From NCBI GenBank assembly GCA_963828255.1, contig CAWHDZ010000007.1, positions 160,001-224,000 of the forward strand: a stretch of DNA of 64,000 nucleotides. The letters run 5' to 3'. This document shows positions 1 through 9,886 of the stretch, one piece after another (the first letter of the stretch is position 1; each line of letters starts with the position of its first letter). The notes beneath the pieces were generated by a model. It ran no database searches. It was not told the DNA's origin and saw only the letters and a program-made list of their open reading frames with translations. A program made the position numbers and the translations under genes. The DNA comes from an uncultured delta proteobacterium (GTDB taxonomy: Bacteria > Myxococcota > Myxococcia > Myxococcales > Anaeromyxobacteraceae).

Positions 1-388
1 CGCCCCGGGCAAGGAGATGGACGACTACCTGGCCCTGCTCGCACGCAAGCTCGTCCGCCCGAGCAAGCTCGAGATCATGACCATGGACGCCGACGGGTCG
101 AACGTCCGGCAGGTGACGAAGCTCGGGGCCGGGTCCTTCGCCCCCTTCTTTCTCCCGGACGGGAAGCGGATCATCTTCTCGTCCAACGCCGGGGACCCGA
201 AGGCGCGCAACTTCGACCTCTTCCTCGTGAACGACGACGGAACGGGCCTCGAAAGAGTCACCACCTACGAGGGCTTCGACGGCTTCCCGATGTTCTCACC
301 GGACGGAAGGAAACTCGTCTTCGCATCCAATCGAAACGGGGCGAAGCGCGGGGAAACCAACCTCTTCGTCGCCGACTGGGTGGAATAG
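1..388 (+). CDS. TolB-like / PD40-repeat beta-propeller protein, C-terminal part (5' end outside window)
   Basis: PD40-like repeats (FAPFFLPDGKRIIFSSN; FPMFSPDGRKLVFASNRNG); stop at 386-388. Confidence 0.8.
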   Translation, partial: APGKEMDDYLALLARKLVRPSKLEIMTMDADGSNVRQVTKLGAGSFAPFFLPDGKRIIFSSNAGDPKARNFDLFLVNDDGTGLERVTTYEGFDGFPMFSPDGRKLVFASNRNGAKRGETNLFVADWVE

Positions 389-487
389 GGGGGTCTATCA
401 AATAAGCCCTGTCGGGGGTACAACAGAGCACAACTTCGCGACGACTTCCGTTCGTTCCGAACGGTCGCCTACGGAGAAGAGGCGGCC

Positions 488-1528
488 ATGAAAGAGATGT
501 CGACGGGATCGCTGGTGAAGCACCGGTCACTGGGAATGGGCAAGGTGGTGGCCGTCGAGGCCAACGCCCTGCACGTCTTCTTCCCGGGGAGCGACACCCG
601 ATACGCCGCCAAGCTCCGCTGGCCCGCCGTCAGCCCGTTCCTGAGCAGGGAAGACCTCGAGCCAAACGCCTGGCTGGAGGGGCTGACCTCCTTCGCCCTC
701 GACTCGGTCTCCGGGCGCTACGCCCTGGCCGCCAATTTCATCAGTCAAGACGAGGCTATCGACCTCTTCCTGGAGGAGCACCCCAAGGGCTTCGCCGAGG
801 TGCCGGTTGCACGCGCCGGTGGGGTCCGCCGCGAGCGCGCGGCCCGCTGGCGTGCCGCGGCCGCAGAGTGGATCGAGGTCTTCGGAAACGGGCAGGGGGA
901 GCGGTACCTCGAGGACGGAAACTACGGGGAGCTCTCCCGCCGCGCCCTGCGGGTCGCCGCCCACGCCGCGGGAATCCCGGGCATGGTGGAGGTGGAGGAC
1001 CTGAAGGAGGCCTTCGAGCCGGGTGACGTCGTCCGCCACTACTTCGACGCCCTGTTCGGGTACCTGTCCGTGCCGTCCCCGGCGCGCGCCCGCTTCGAGA
1101 GGCTCTGCGCGGCCAGCAACGCACTGGGCGTCCCGGCCGACGCGGCCTGGCCCATGGCGACCTTCTTCCCCTTCGTCGCCGTGCCCTCCCGGCAGCTGGT
1201 CCTCGTGCCCCGCTCGGCCAGCGGCGGGGCGAGCCGGCTCGGCTGCGACCTCCAGTACCAGGCGGCGCCGAACTGGGTCACCTACTCGCGCCTCCGCGAT
1301 CTCTCCGCCCGGTTGCTCGAGAAGCTGCAGCCCAGCGGCGCCAAGGACCTCATCGACGTCGAGGTCTTCCTGCACGCCACGGGGGCGCGACGTCCGGCCG
1401 CCGCGGTGAAGCGCGCCCGCGCTGCGGCGGCGCCGAAGAACGGAAACGGCAAGAAGGCCGCCAAGGAAGTGAAGGCCAAGGAAGTGAAGGCCAAGGAAGT
1501 CCCGACCAAGTCCCGGAGGAAGCGATGA
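488..1528 (+). CDS. Hypothetical protein, DUF3553-like N-terminus, Lys/Ala-rich tail
   Basis: 346-aa ORF with GC3-biased codons and GAGG RBS; SH3-like start GSLVKHRSLGMGKVV; C-terminal PNWVTY...DLIDVEVFL. Confidence 0.6.
   Translation: MKEMSTGSLVKHRSLGMGKVVAVEANALHVFFPGSDTRYAAKLRWPAVSPFLSREDLEPNAWLEGLTSFALDSVSGRYALAANFISQDEAIDLFLEEHPKGFAEVPVARAGGVRRERAARWRAAAAEWIEVFGNGQGERYLEDGNYGELSRRALRVAAHAAGIPGMVEVEDLKEAFEPGDVVRHYFDALFGYLSVPSPARARFERLCAASNALGVPADAAWPMATFFPFVAVPSRQLVLVPRSASGGASRLGCDLQYQAAPNWVTYSRLRDLSARLLEKLQPSGAKDLIDVEVFLHATGARRPAAAVKRARAAAAPKNGNGKKAAKEVKAKEVKAKEVPTKSRRKR
1460..1500 (+). repeat. 15-bp in-frame tandem repeat GCCAAGGAAGTGAAG (~2.7 copies; AKEVK)
   Basis: Read directly from sequence. 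Confidence 0.9.
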
Positions 1529-1731
1529 ACGACGAGTTCAAGGAGTTCAAGGGACGCATCCGCCGGCTCGACGCCATCCTCCTCGAGCGCGGACTCTCCG
1601 ACGCCGAGTTCGCGCAGGCGCTCAGCAAGGTCCGCCGGGCCGAGAAGCGGGGCGACCGGTCCCGCGAGCCGACCACCGAGCTGCGCACGCTCCTCGAGCG
1701 GGCGGAGGGGCTGGTTCCGAAGGTCGCCTGA
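1525..1731 (+). CDS. Small hypothetical protein (68 aa)
   Basis: ATGA overlap with upstream stop, GGAGG RBS, typical codon bias. Confidence 0.65.
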   Translation: MNDEFKEFKGRIRRLDAILLERGLSDAEFAQALSKVRRAEKRGDRSREPTTELRTLLERAEGLVPKVA

Positions 1732-1755
1732 GGGTCCGTGCGGTAGGCTGAGGCC

Positions 1756-4509
1756 ATGTCCGGAGGGGCATCGCCGGTGAAAGCGTGGAAATGGGTGGGA
1801 CGGACGGCGATCGCCGCCGTCGTGCTGGGGCTGGTTCTCGCCGGCCTCCTGGCCTTCGTCGTCCCCGGCATCGCCATCGCCAAGGCCTCCAGGGGAATGG
1901 AGGCGGCCACGGGGCGGAAGCTCGCCGTCGGCGCCCTCTCCATCCACCCGTTCACCTGGCAGGTCGAGGTCAAGGACCTGTCGCTCTCCGAGCCGGGAGG
2001 GAAGGGGACCTTCGCCTCCTTCAGGAGTGGGACGGTGACGGTGAGCCCGTCGTCGATCTGGCGGGGGGCGCCGATCATCTCCCAGGTCAGGCTGGTCGAG
2101 CCCCACTTCAATGCGATCCGCACCGGACCCGGCGCCTTCAACTTCTCCGACCTGATCAAGTACCTGATCGTGCCGGTGCCGGCGCTCTCCCTGAACGACG
2201 TCGCCATCACGGGCGGCTCCATCGATTTCCTCGATCGGGCGCTTCCCCAGGAGGAGCGCCACACGGTGCGGGATGCAGAACTGATGATCCCGTTCCTCAC
2301 CACCATCCCCGCGCTGGCGAGCCAGTTCGGCAACCCGAGCTTCCGCGCTCTCGTCGACGGCGCACCTCTCGCCATCGAGACCCAGGTCCGGGGACTGCCG
2401 AGGAACCCGGAGGTCTCCGCGAAGGTGGACCTCCGGAACGTCTCGCTCCCGGTCTACCTGGCCTACCTTCCGGCCCGGATCCCGGTGCAGGTCGATTCCG
2501 GCGCGCTGTCCGTGCAGGGGACCGCGAGCTATCGCGTCACCGAAGCCGCCGGGCCGGAGATCGCATGGGACGGCACGGTCGAGGTCGAGGGGATCGAGTT
2601 CTCCGAGCCCCCGAGCCCGGGGCGCGTGGCGATCTCCGGGGTCGCATTCCGTTCCAGGGTCTCCCTGGGAAGGAAGAGGGGCATGATCCTCGACGGCGGG
2701 TCGGTGGAGATCCGCGACCTCTCGGTTCCGTTCGGGAAGACCGACGGAATGAAGCTCGGGCTCCTGTCCGCCACCGGGGCAAGGTTCGTGCAGGAGGAGA
2801 ACCGGCTCGACGTCGATGGCGTCCTGCTCTCCGACGGGCGCGTCCGCATGTCCAGGGATCGCAAGGGAGTCTTCTCGCCCGTGCCACTCCTCGAGCACCT
2901 GCAGCGCAAGCTTCCCAGGGCCCCCCCGTCGGCCGGCGAGCCGGTCCAGTACCGGGTGAAGAAGCTGGAGGGGAAGAATCTCGAACTTTCCTTCACCGAC
3001 GGGACCAGGAAGGAACTCCCCAGCTTCACCGTGTCCCGCGTGACCTTCCAGGCGGACGAGGTCACCGGACCGCTGGCCGGGCCCATCGCCTTCTCGTGCG
3101 GCGCCCGGGTCGGGAAGGCCGCCACCTTCAAGGCCAGGGGCAAGGTCGTCCCCACGCCCCTCGCGGCCGACGTCGATCTGGAACTGAAGGGGTTCGACCT
3201 ATCGGCAGGTAAGCCCTACGTGCCTGAAGGCATGGAACTCTCGATCGCCGACGGGCGGCTCGACCTGCGCCTGGCCGTGGCCCTGGCGACGCGCAAGGAC
3301 CAGCTCACCGGGACCTACGAGGGCTCGTACGCGGTCCGATCCCTGAAGCTCCTGGGTCGAAGGCGGGGAAAGCTCGTCGCCTGGGAAGAGCTCTCCGTCG
3401 AGGGGATGAAGGGGACCGTCGATCCGATGACGCTCCGGGTCGGCAAGGTGGTGCTTTCCGGCCTGCGGGCCGACCTGGTCAAGGGGAAGGACGGGAAGCT
3501 CAACGTTCCGGAGCTGCCGAAGGAGGCTCCAGAGGCGGCCGCGACGCCGTCCCCCGCCGCAGGCCCGGGCGACGCCGGACTGCGGTCGATCCGGGTCGAC
3601 GAGTTCGTGTTGAAGGACGGGGCCGTGAACTTCACCGACGAGGGCGTTCCCGGGGACTTCCACGCATCCATCCAGGACATCTCCGTCCGCGTGACGGGCA
3701 TCTCGTCGGAGCCGGGGAAGGTCGCGACGGTTCGCGCGCAGATGACCCTGCCGCGGGGCGCGCCCCTCCACGTCTCCGGCAAGGCGGCGCCGCTGAAGAG
3801 ACCCGCCTTCGCCGACCTCGACCTCGTCCTGGAGGGGCTCGACCTGTCGACCGCCACGCCGTACGCCGGCGTCCACCTCGGCCTGGAGATCGATCGGGGT
3901 TCTCTCACGGTGAAGTCTCGCGCCAGGGTGGAGCAGGGCAAGCTGGGGGCCGAGAACCGGATCCGCGTGGATCAGCTGACCTTCGGGAAGGCCGTGAAGA
4001 GCGACAAGGCCACCATCCTCCCCGTCCGCCTCCTGGTCGACATCATGCGCGACAAGGATGGCGACATCGTCCTCGACCTCCCGGTGTCGGCGAAGACCGA
4101 CGACGAGGACCTGGCGGGGACCATCACGGGGCAGATCGTGAAGGAGGTGATCTTCCCCCCGGGCTCCCCGCTGCGGGACATCTCCTTCGCCGCCTGCTCG
4201 GCCGAGCTCGACCCGGATGCGCAGGGCCGCCTCCGCAAGCTGGCCGGGGCGCTCCAGGAGCGTCCCGCGATGAAGATCACCGCCTTCGGCTACGTGGATT
4301 GGGAGGCCGACGGCAAGGCTTGCCCCGAGGGGGAGGCGCGCCTGAAGCAGCTCGCCGAGGGGCGCGCCGCCGCCGTGCGGGAGTTCCTCGTCCTGCAGGG
4401 GGGAGTCGAGGCGCCCCGGGTGTCGGCGGCGACCGGCGACGTCTTCGCAGCGCCGCGGGAGAAGGGCCAGAAGCAGGCACGCGTGGATTTCGCGCGGGCA
4501 ACGGATTGA
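1756..4509 (+). CDS. DUF748 (AsmA-like) repeat protein with C-terminal OmpA-like domain
   Basis: N-terminal TM helix, repeated beta-rich units, NFSDL motif, LxxLAxxRAxAVRxFL near C-terminus. Confidence 0.8.
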   Translation: MSGGASPVKAWKWVGRTAIAAVVLGLVLAGLLAFVVPGIAIAKASRGMEAATGRKLAVGALSIHPFTWQVEVKDLSLSEPGGKGTFASFRSGTVTVSPSSIWRGAPIISQVRLVEPHFNAIRTGPGAFNFSDLIKYLIVPVPALSLNDVAITGGSIDFLDRALPQEERHTVRDAELMIPFLTTIPALASQFGNPSFRALVDGAPLAIETQVRGLPRNPEVSAKVDLRNVSLPVYLAYLPARIPVQVDSGALSVQGTASYRVTEAAGPEIAWDGTVEVEGIEFSEPPSPGRVAISGVAFRSRVSLGRKRGMILDGGSVEIRDLSVPFGKTDGMKLGLLSATGARFVQEENRLDVDGVLLSDGRVRMSRDRKGVFSPVPLLEHLQRKLPRAPPSAGEPVQYRVKKLEGKNLELSFTDGTRKELPSFTVSRVTFQADEVTGPLAGPIAFSCGARVGKAATFKARGKVVPTPLAADVDLELKGFDLSAGKPYVPEGMELSIADGRLDLRLAVALATRKDQLTGTYEGSYAVRSLKLLGRRRGKLVAWEELSVEGMKGTVDPMTLRVGKVVLSGLRADLVKGKDGKLNVPELPKEAPEAAATPSPAAGPGDAGLRSIRVDEFVLKDGAVNFTDEGVPGDFHASIQDISVRVTGISSEPGKVATVRAQMTLPRGAPLHVSGKAAPLKRPAFADLDLVLEGLDLSTATPYAGVHLGLEIDRGSLTVKSRARVEQGKLGAENRIRVDQLTFGKAVKSDKATILPVRLLVDIMRDKDGDIVLDLPVSAKTDDEDLAGTITGQIVKEVIFPPGSPLRDISFAACSAELDPDAQGRLRKLAGALQERPAMKITAFGYVDWEADGKACPEGEARLKQLAEGRAAAVREFLVLQGGVEAPRVSAATGDVFAAPREKGQKQARVDFARATD

Positions 4510-4583
4510 TTCGGCGAAGCCCGGCGCCGACGGAACCGGAATGTCGGGCGCCCGGTGCCCCTCGGGAGTAAATAACCCTTTCC

Positions 4584-5633
4584 TTGTCCGCCCCCGATCC
4601 CCGCGAAGCTCCAAACCCCTGGTACGCCCGCTGGGCGGCGCCGATCCTCAACGACCCCCGCGACGTGGTCATGGTCGCGCTCATCATGCAGTGCCTGGCC
4701 CTGGCGGCCGCCGGCGTCGGGCTCTTCTTCGCGGGCTCCTGGTTCTGGTGGCTCGTCCCGGTCTACGGCGTGGCGCTCTTCGCCGGTCTCATCGACCGCT
4801 TCACGCTCATGCTCCACTGCACGTCCCACCGGCAGCTCTTCAAGCCCCGCTACGCGCTCGCCAACCAGATCATCCCCTGGGTGCTCTCGCCGTTCCTGGG
4901 GCAGACCCCCGAGACCTACTTCGCCCACCACATGGGCATGCACCACGTCGAGGAGAACCTCCCCGACGACCTGAGCTCGACCATGCGCTTCCGCCGGGAC
5001 CGGCTGGGCGACTGGCTCCAGTACTATGGACGCTTCATGACCGTGGGCGTGCTCGACCTGTCCCGCTACTTCTCCCGCCGCGGCAAGCGAAAGCTGCTCC
5101 GTCGCGTCGCGCTGGGGGAGGGGATCTACTGGACGTCGATGGCCGTGTTGCTCTACGTGAACCCGGCCGCGACCTTCGTGGTCTTCCTGCTCCCGCTCCT
5201 CGTCATGCGCACCATGATGATGGCCGGCAACTGGGCCCAGCACGCCTTCCTCTGCCCGGAGCAGCCGGAAAATCCATTGCGCGCCAGCATCACCTGCGTG
5301 GGCACCCGCTACAACCGGCGGTGCTTCAACGACGGCTACCACGCCGTGCACCACGTCGTGCCCCGTTGCCACTGGACCGAGCACCCGGCCCATTTCGAGA
5401 AGAACATCGCCGAGTACGCCCGGAACGACGCCGTGGTCCTCGAGGGGGTGGACTTCTTCCAGGTCTGGCTGCTCCTCATGACCGGGAACTGGGCGCGCCT
5501 GTCCCGGGCCTTCGTGCGCCTCCCCGGCGCACCGGCGCGGACCGACGCCGAGGTGGAGGCGTTCCTCCGGAGCCGCGTCCTTCCGTTCCAGGGCGCGGCC
5601 GCCCGGGCTCCGGTCACTGCGCCGGCGGCGTGA
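4584..5633 (+). CDS. Membrane fatty acid desaturase family protein
   Basis: His boxes HCTSH, HHMGMHH, HAVHH plus TM segments; TTG start. Confidence 0.85.
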   Translation: MSAPDPREAPNPWYARWAAPILNDPRDVVMVALIMQCLALAAAGVGLFFAGSWFWWLVPVYGVALFAGLIDRFTLMLHCTSHRQLFKPRYALANQIIPWVLSPFLGQTPETYFAHHMGMHHVEENLPDDLSSTMRFRRDRLGDWLQYYGRFMTVGVLDLSRYFSRRGKRKLLRRVALGEGIYWTSMAVLLYVNPAATFVVFLLPLLVMRTMMMAGNWAQHAFLCPEQPENPLRASITCVGTRYNRRCFNDGYHAVHHVVPRCHWTEHPAHFEKNIAEYARNDAVVLEGVDFFQVWLLLMTGNWARLSRAFVRLPGAPARTDAEVEAFLRSRVLPFQGAAARAPVTAPAA

Positions 5634-6321
5634 GGACGGCGTCCAGCTCGGAGTAGGCGTGCTTGAGCCAGGCGCGCACGCGCTGGCGTTCCATGAGCCC
5701 CAGGGCTCCCGGTTCCTTGCTGGTCCCGTTGGCCGCCGCCCAGAAGCTGGCGCTGCCGGCGTCGATCTTGCGCATGGCGGCGTCCTGCAGGCGACGCAGC
5801 CGCACGACGCGGGCGCCGAGCCCCAGCGCGCGCTCCCGCTCTCCCGACCGCTCCAGGGTGGAGAAGTCGTCGCCGCGCAGCTCGTTCAGCACGAGCACGT
5901 AGCCGAGACGGTCGCCGAAGCGGTCGAGGAGGGTCCGCAGCAGGTCCACCGAGTCGCGGCCGGAGTCCATGACGTGCCAGTAGCGGACGTCGATGCCGAG
6001 CTCGTCGGCCATGTCGAGGAAGGCCGACTCGTCGAGCCAGCGCACCAGCGGCTCCTGGGTCTGCGCGGCCAGGTCCACGAGGACGCGCCGGTCCGGTCCG
6101 TCGGCCGCCGCCTCGGCGATGCGGTCGAGGCTCTCGGTCCGGTCCACGACCACCGGCGACGCGAAGCCGGCGTAGAAGCGCAGGAGCGCGCCGTGGGACC
6201 GGTCGGAGTCGAACCCCACGAAGGGCAGCCCCTGGTTGATGAAGTGCTGGGCCACCAGGCGGGCCACCACCGACTTGCCGACCCCGCCCTTCTCGCCGCC
6301 GATGAGATCGATGCTGGACAT
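5614..6321 (-). CDS. ParA/MinD-like P-loop protein ('mobilization protein' family)
   Basis: Deviant Walker A GEKGGVGKS at N-terminus; start placed at ATG 6321. Confidence 0.7.
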   Translation of the reverse strand: MSSIDLIGGEKGGVGKSVVARLVAQHFINQGLPFVGFDSDRSHGALLRFYAGFASPVVVDRTESLDRIAEAAADGPDRRVLVDLAAQTQEPLVRWLDESAFLDMADELGIDVRYWHVMDSGRDSVDLLRTLLDRFGDRLGYVLVLNELRGDDFSTLERSGERERALGLGARVVRLRRLQDAAMRKIDAGSASFWAAANGTSKEPGALGLMERQRVRAWLKHAYSELDAVLTPPAQ

Positions 6322-6331
6322 GGACTTCACT

Positions 6332-6772
6332 CTACCTCGCAACAGGCTCGGGTCGATCCGGGATCAGCGCAAACCCCAGCGCCTTCGCGTTCACCCGGAC
6401 CCGCTCGTCGCAGCTCGCCACGTCCAGGCCTCCCAGTTCCGCGTCGATGAGGCAGATCGACGCGAGGTGGAGCGCGTCGAGGGAGCGCACCGGCTCGACG
6501 GGGAACCCCTCCCGCGCCCGCCGCAGGACCTCGTCCACGAGCGGGACGACGTCGCAGGACCGCTCGAACGCGGCCACCTGCCTCTCGGCCTCCCGCGCCT
6601 CCACCGGGTCGAGCCGCGCCTCGCGGTGCGCCCGCGCGATGGCTCTCGACGCCTCGAGGAAGGTGAGGGACGAGGTGACGAGCCCTTCCCGGGAGAGCGC
6701 CGGGCCGAGCGTCTCGTCCCCGTCGAGGAGCAGCCGGAGGAGCGCGCTGGTCTCCACGTAGAGCCGCCTCAC
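6332..6772 (-). CDS. vapC: PIN-domain toxin (VapC family)
   Basis: YVETSALL...EASRA...RSLDALHLASI...SCDER motifs; GTGA overlap with the antitoxin stop. Confidence 0.85.
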   Translation of the reverse strand: MRRLYVETSALLRLLLDGDETLGPALSREGLVTSSLTFLEASRAIARAHREARLDPVEAREAERQVAAFERSCDVVPLVDEVLRRAREGFPVEPVRSLDALHLASICLIDAELGGLDVASCDERVRVNAKALGFALIPDRPEPVAR

Positions 6773-7065
6773 TCGCCGCGCTCCGCGTCGAGCAGTTCCT
6801 GGGAGGTCCCGCTCCGCAGCTGGATTCGCGGGGTGGCGCTCCACTCGACCGGGGTGGGTTCGGCGGCGGGGTGGATGAGGCCGCGGTCCACCAGGTTCCA
6901 GTAGCGGGCCTCTGCGGGGGAGGTCTTCCGCTCCGACGCGCCTGGGGGGCGAAGCTCGGCGACGACCCGGCCGCGGTCGGTGACCAGGATGACGTCGCCG
7001 CGCGCCACGTCCTTGAGGTACGCGCTCAGCCTGGCCTTGAGGTCTCGAACGCCAGCGGTCTTCAT
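6769..7065 (-). CDS. Phd/YefM-family antitoxin
   Basis: MKTAGVRDLKARLSAYL...GDVILVTDRGRVVAEL, directly upstream of the PIN toxin. Confidence 0.85.
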   Translation of the reverse strand: MKTAGVRDLKARLSAYLKDVARGDVILVTDRGRVVAELRPPGASERKTSPAEARYWNLVDRGLIHPAAEPTPVEWSATPRIQLRSGTSQELLDAERGE

Positions 7066-7077
7066 CCCGGGAATGTA

Positions 7078-7089
7078 GTCACGCGTGAC
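7078..7089. promoter_or_regulatory. Putative TA autoregulatory operator (perfect palindrome GTCACGCGTGAC)
   Basis: 12-bp palindrome 12 nt upstream of the antitoxin ATG. Confidence 0.55.
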
Positions 7090-7303
7090 CATAACTTCAA
7101 TCCTGGCTCCGGGAACCGGAGCCGTTTGTCCCTGGACCAAGGGAGCCCCAATTGGGCCCCCAAAACGAGGGGCGCGAACCTCCTCGAAGGTAAAAAAATA
7201 TCGAAGTACTCCAGCAAATTCATGGCCTCTAGGTGTCTGGAGCGCCGGTCGCATCCGTGGGAAAGAGACGCCCCCCAAAAGCGATATCAGCAAGGAGCGC
7301 CCC

Positions 7304-7725
7304 CTGAACCCAGCAAGCACCCGGAACACCCTGGTCCTCGCCGTCGCAGCCCTCCTCGCCGTCGCCTGCGGAGGCGGCGCGTCCCCCGAGCAGCCGTCCG
7401 GCGCGGCCGGGAGCCCCCCCGTCCGGGCAGTCTGTGGTGGTGGTGGTGACGGCCCCGTCCCAGGTGGACCTGGCTCCAGGTGCCTCCGCCAGGTTCGTCG
7501 CCAGTGTGACCGGTACGGCCGACACGTCGGTGAAGTGGTCCGTCGCCGAGGTGGGGCGGCGGGACGGTTGCGAACGGCGTCTACTCCGCGCCGCAGGCCC
7601 CCGGCACCTACCACGTGGTGGCGACGAGCACCGCCGACCCGGCCTCGGCAACCGTGGCCCTCGGCGGCACGCTGACCTTCGGGGCGCTCGTGACCACGTC
7701 GTGCGGGACGTTCGCGTCCCGGTAG
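7304..7725 (+). pseudogene. Decayed Ig-like (Big) domain lipoprotein gene
   Basis: AAGGAG RBS then CTG; lipobox LAVAC in one frame; APSQVDLAPGASARFVASVTGTADTSVKWSV in a second; GGTVANGVYSAPQAPGTYHVVATS in a third. Confidence 0.7.
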
Positions 7726-7743
7726 GGCCGTGAGGAGCGGTAC

Positions 7744-7974
7744 CTAGCCCTCGGACCAGGGGACCTCGACCGGGGCGCTGACCGCCTTCGCGTCGGACGG
7801 ATGCGGCTCGATGCGCGGGTGCTTCTCCCCGGGCCAAGGACCGCTCGAGAGATTGAGCGGGGCGGGCCTCATGTACACCTGCCGCTTGCAGACGTCGCAG
7901 ACGACGCCGTCACCGGGTTCGAGGTGCGGAACCGGACGCCAGGAGCCAGCACACGCGGTCGCTTCGGGGGACAT
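7744..7974 (-). CDS. Small CxxC-containing hypothetical protein (76 aa)
   Basis: CDVC motif plus extra Cys/His; TAGGGT -10 box 6 nt before the ATG. Confidence 0.5.
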   Translation of the reverse strand: MSPEATACAGSWRPVPHLEPGDGVVCDVCKRQVYMRPAPLNLSSGPWPGEKHPRIEPHPSDAKAVSAPVEVPWSEG

Positions 7975-8137
7975 CGCCACACCCTAGCGCCCGGTCTGAC
8001 ACCGAAGCGAGGCGCGACGCGTCATGGGCGCACGGTACAGGGCGCGCCCCGCCGGCTCCCTGTCGGGGCTGACCATGGATCGTGTGTCAAAACTCCCTCG
8101 GTGAATTGCTATGCTGACCCCATCGAAGGGGTAGCCG

Positions 8138-8599
8138 ATGACCACCGAGGAATGCTTCGAGGCGGCAGTACAGGTCGAACACCTCATGCGCGACGTCTAC
8201 GTCGGGCTGGCGGTCCACTACACCTGTGACCCGGCCAGGCGGGAGATGCTGCGCCACCTCGCCGAGGAGGAGGAGCAGCACGCCCACCGCATCCGGCTGC
8301 TGGCCAGGACCCAGGACACCGCCGCCTGGGCCCAGGAGACCGCCGACCGGATCGCCCAGAACCTCGAGGCGATGTCCACGGAGCTCCTGGCGATCGTCCA
8401 GGAGATGGGCGACGACTTCGAGGGTGCCCCCCCCGATGGCCTCCTCCGCCGCGTGATGGCTGCCGAGGAACACTGCAGCTCCATCCACGCCGAGGTCCTT
8501 GCGGAGTCGGCCGAGATCGACGTGCAGTTGCTCTTCTCCGCGCTCGCGAGGCAGGACGTCCGTCACAAGGAGATCCTCCAGACGGCCCTCGCTTCGTAG
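8138..8599 (+). CDS. Ferritin/rubrerythrin-like protein
   Basis: AVQVE...Y, LAEEEEQH, AEE, LARQDVRH four-helix-bundle motifs. Confidence 0.7.
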   Translation: MTTEECFEAAVQVEHLMRDVYVGLAVHYTCDPARREMLRHLAEEEEQHAHRIRLLARTQDTAAWAQETADRIAQNLEAMSTELLAIVQEMGDDFEGAPPDGLLRRVMAAEEHCSSIHAEVLAESAEIDVQLLFSALARQDVRHKEILQTALAS

Positions 8600-8623
8600 C
8601 TCCCCGACCACCACGGAGGCCAG

Positions 8624-9025
8624 ATGCCCGTTCCCGTCCCGGTCACGCTGCTCTACGGCGGACTCAACGCCCTCCTCATCACGATCCTCGGCATGCTGGT
8701 CAGCAAGGCCCGCTCCGCCGCCGACGTCGGGGTGGAGACACCCGTCCCGAAGGAGATGATCCGGACGGTCCGGGCCCACGGCAACGCCATCGAGTGGGTT
8801 CCGCTGGGTCTCGTCCTGCTGCTCGCGATCGAGCTGTCCGGCGCGGGGACGCGCTTCACCCTGCACCTGGCCGGCGGCACCTTGCTGCTCGCGCGCGTCC
8901 TCCACGCGGTGGGCTTCCTCGGGAAGAACAAGCTCTCGATGGTCGGCGCGGCGCTCACCTACCTGGTGCTTGCGGCGATGTCGATCTGGGCGATCGCCAT
9001 CCGCTTCATCCAGTACGGCCCGTAG
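8624..9025 (+). CDS. MAPEG family membrane protein
   Basis: RAHGNAIEWVP and ARVLHA motifs. Confidence 0.85.
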   Translation: MPVPVPVTLLYGGLNALLITILGMLVSKARSAADVGVETPVPKEMIRTVRAHGNAIEWVPLGLVLLLAIELSGAGTRFTLHLAGGTLLLARVLHAVGFLGKNKLSMVGAALTYLVLAAMSIWAIAIRFIQYGP

Positions 9026-9053
9026 GATCACCGGGCGCTTCAGGGGGCGTGCC

Positions 9054-9812
9054 TCACGCGAGCAGGGGGTCGTCCTTCGCCACGTACAGGACGTCCTCCT
9101 CGCTGGACGGTTCGTCGAGCCCGGCGAGCGCGGCGAACTCCTCGCGCCGCTTCTCGTCGAGGCCGAAGATCTCGAGGCCGAGCCCGGCCCGCTCCGGAGG
9201 GTGCTCGACACGGCGCCGCACCACCGTGTCCACCGCGAACGTGCGGCCGGTCAGGGGGTGCGTGACGAGCAGCCGGAGCTCCGAGCCGACCGCGAGGTCG
9301 AGCCCCGTGCGCAGGAACATGCCGCCGCGCGAGACGTCCTCGGTCGTGAGCGGGACGAGGTCCCGGATGGAGTGCGCAGTCACCGAGAGCGCCCGCTGGA
9401 CGCGCGGGAACTGCCGCTTCACGGCGTCGGGAGCAGCTGCGACGGGAACCACCGGCGCCTCGAGGGAATCGGGATGGGCACGCGCCACCCACTGCACGAA
9501 CCGATCCCATTGCTGCCGTGCCTCGCCGCTCACGGCATAGAGCTGGAGGCCCACGCCCGGAGCGCGCCCGACGGCCCCGGCTGGCACCACGAAGACCGCC
9601 ATGGCGTGCACCGTGAGTTCGTCGTCCCCGGGAGGCAGCTTCAGCTTCACCTGGAGCAACTGCCGGAGCGGGGGAGGATCGTCCGTGCGAAGGAACAGGC
9701 CCCGGTAGCCGACGTCGCCGGTGAGGAGTGTCGCCTCCTTCGTGCCGCGTACGACGACCACCGGCATCCGGTAGAGGTAGCGCTTGTCCCGACGCTGCTC
9801 GACTCGACCCAC
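9054..9812 (-). CDS. Tandem PilZ-domain protein
   Basis: EQRRDKR...DVGYRGLF and KRQFPR...DVSRGGMF; start (GTG 9812) inferred. Confidence 0.8.
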   Translation of the reverse strand: MGRVEQRRDKRYLYRMPVVVVRGTKEATLLTGDVGYRGLFLRTDDPPPLRQLLQVKLKLPPGDDELTVHAMAVFVVPAGAVGRAPGVGLQLYAVSGEARQQWDRFVQWVARAHPDSLEAPVVPVAAAPDAVKRQFPRVQRALSVTAHSIRDLVPLTTEDVSRGGMFLRTGLDLAVGSELRLLVTHPLTGRTFAVDTVVRRRVEHPPERAGLGLEIFGLDEKRREEFAALAGLDEPSSEEDVLYVAKDDPLLA

Positions 9813-9886
9813 GGTGCGCCTCCCGCGGGTAGGATATCCCACGGCGGCGACGGGCGCGTGGCTCGTCGCCGCCGCGCGCGCGAGGA

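Noticed and set aside
5614..6321. 'Mobilization protein' + TA pair as an integrated plasmid
   Set aside because: No relaxase, oriT, Rep or integrase seen
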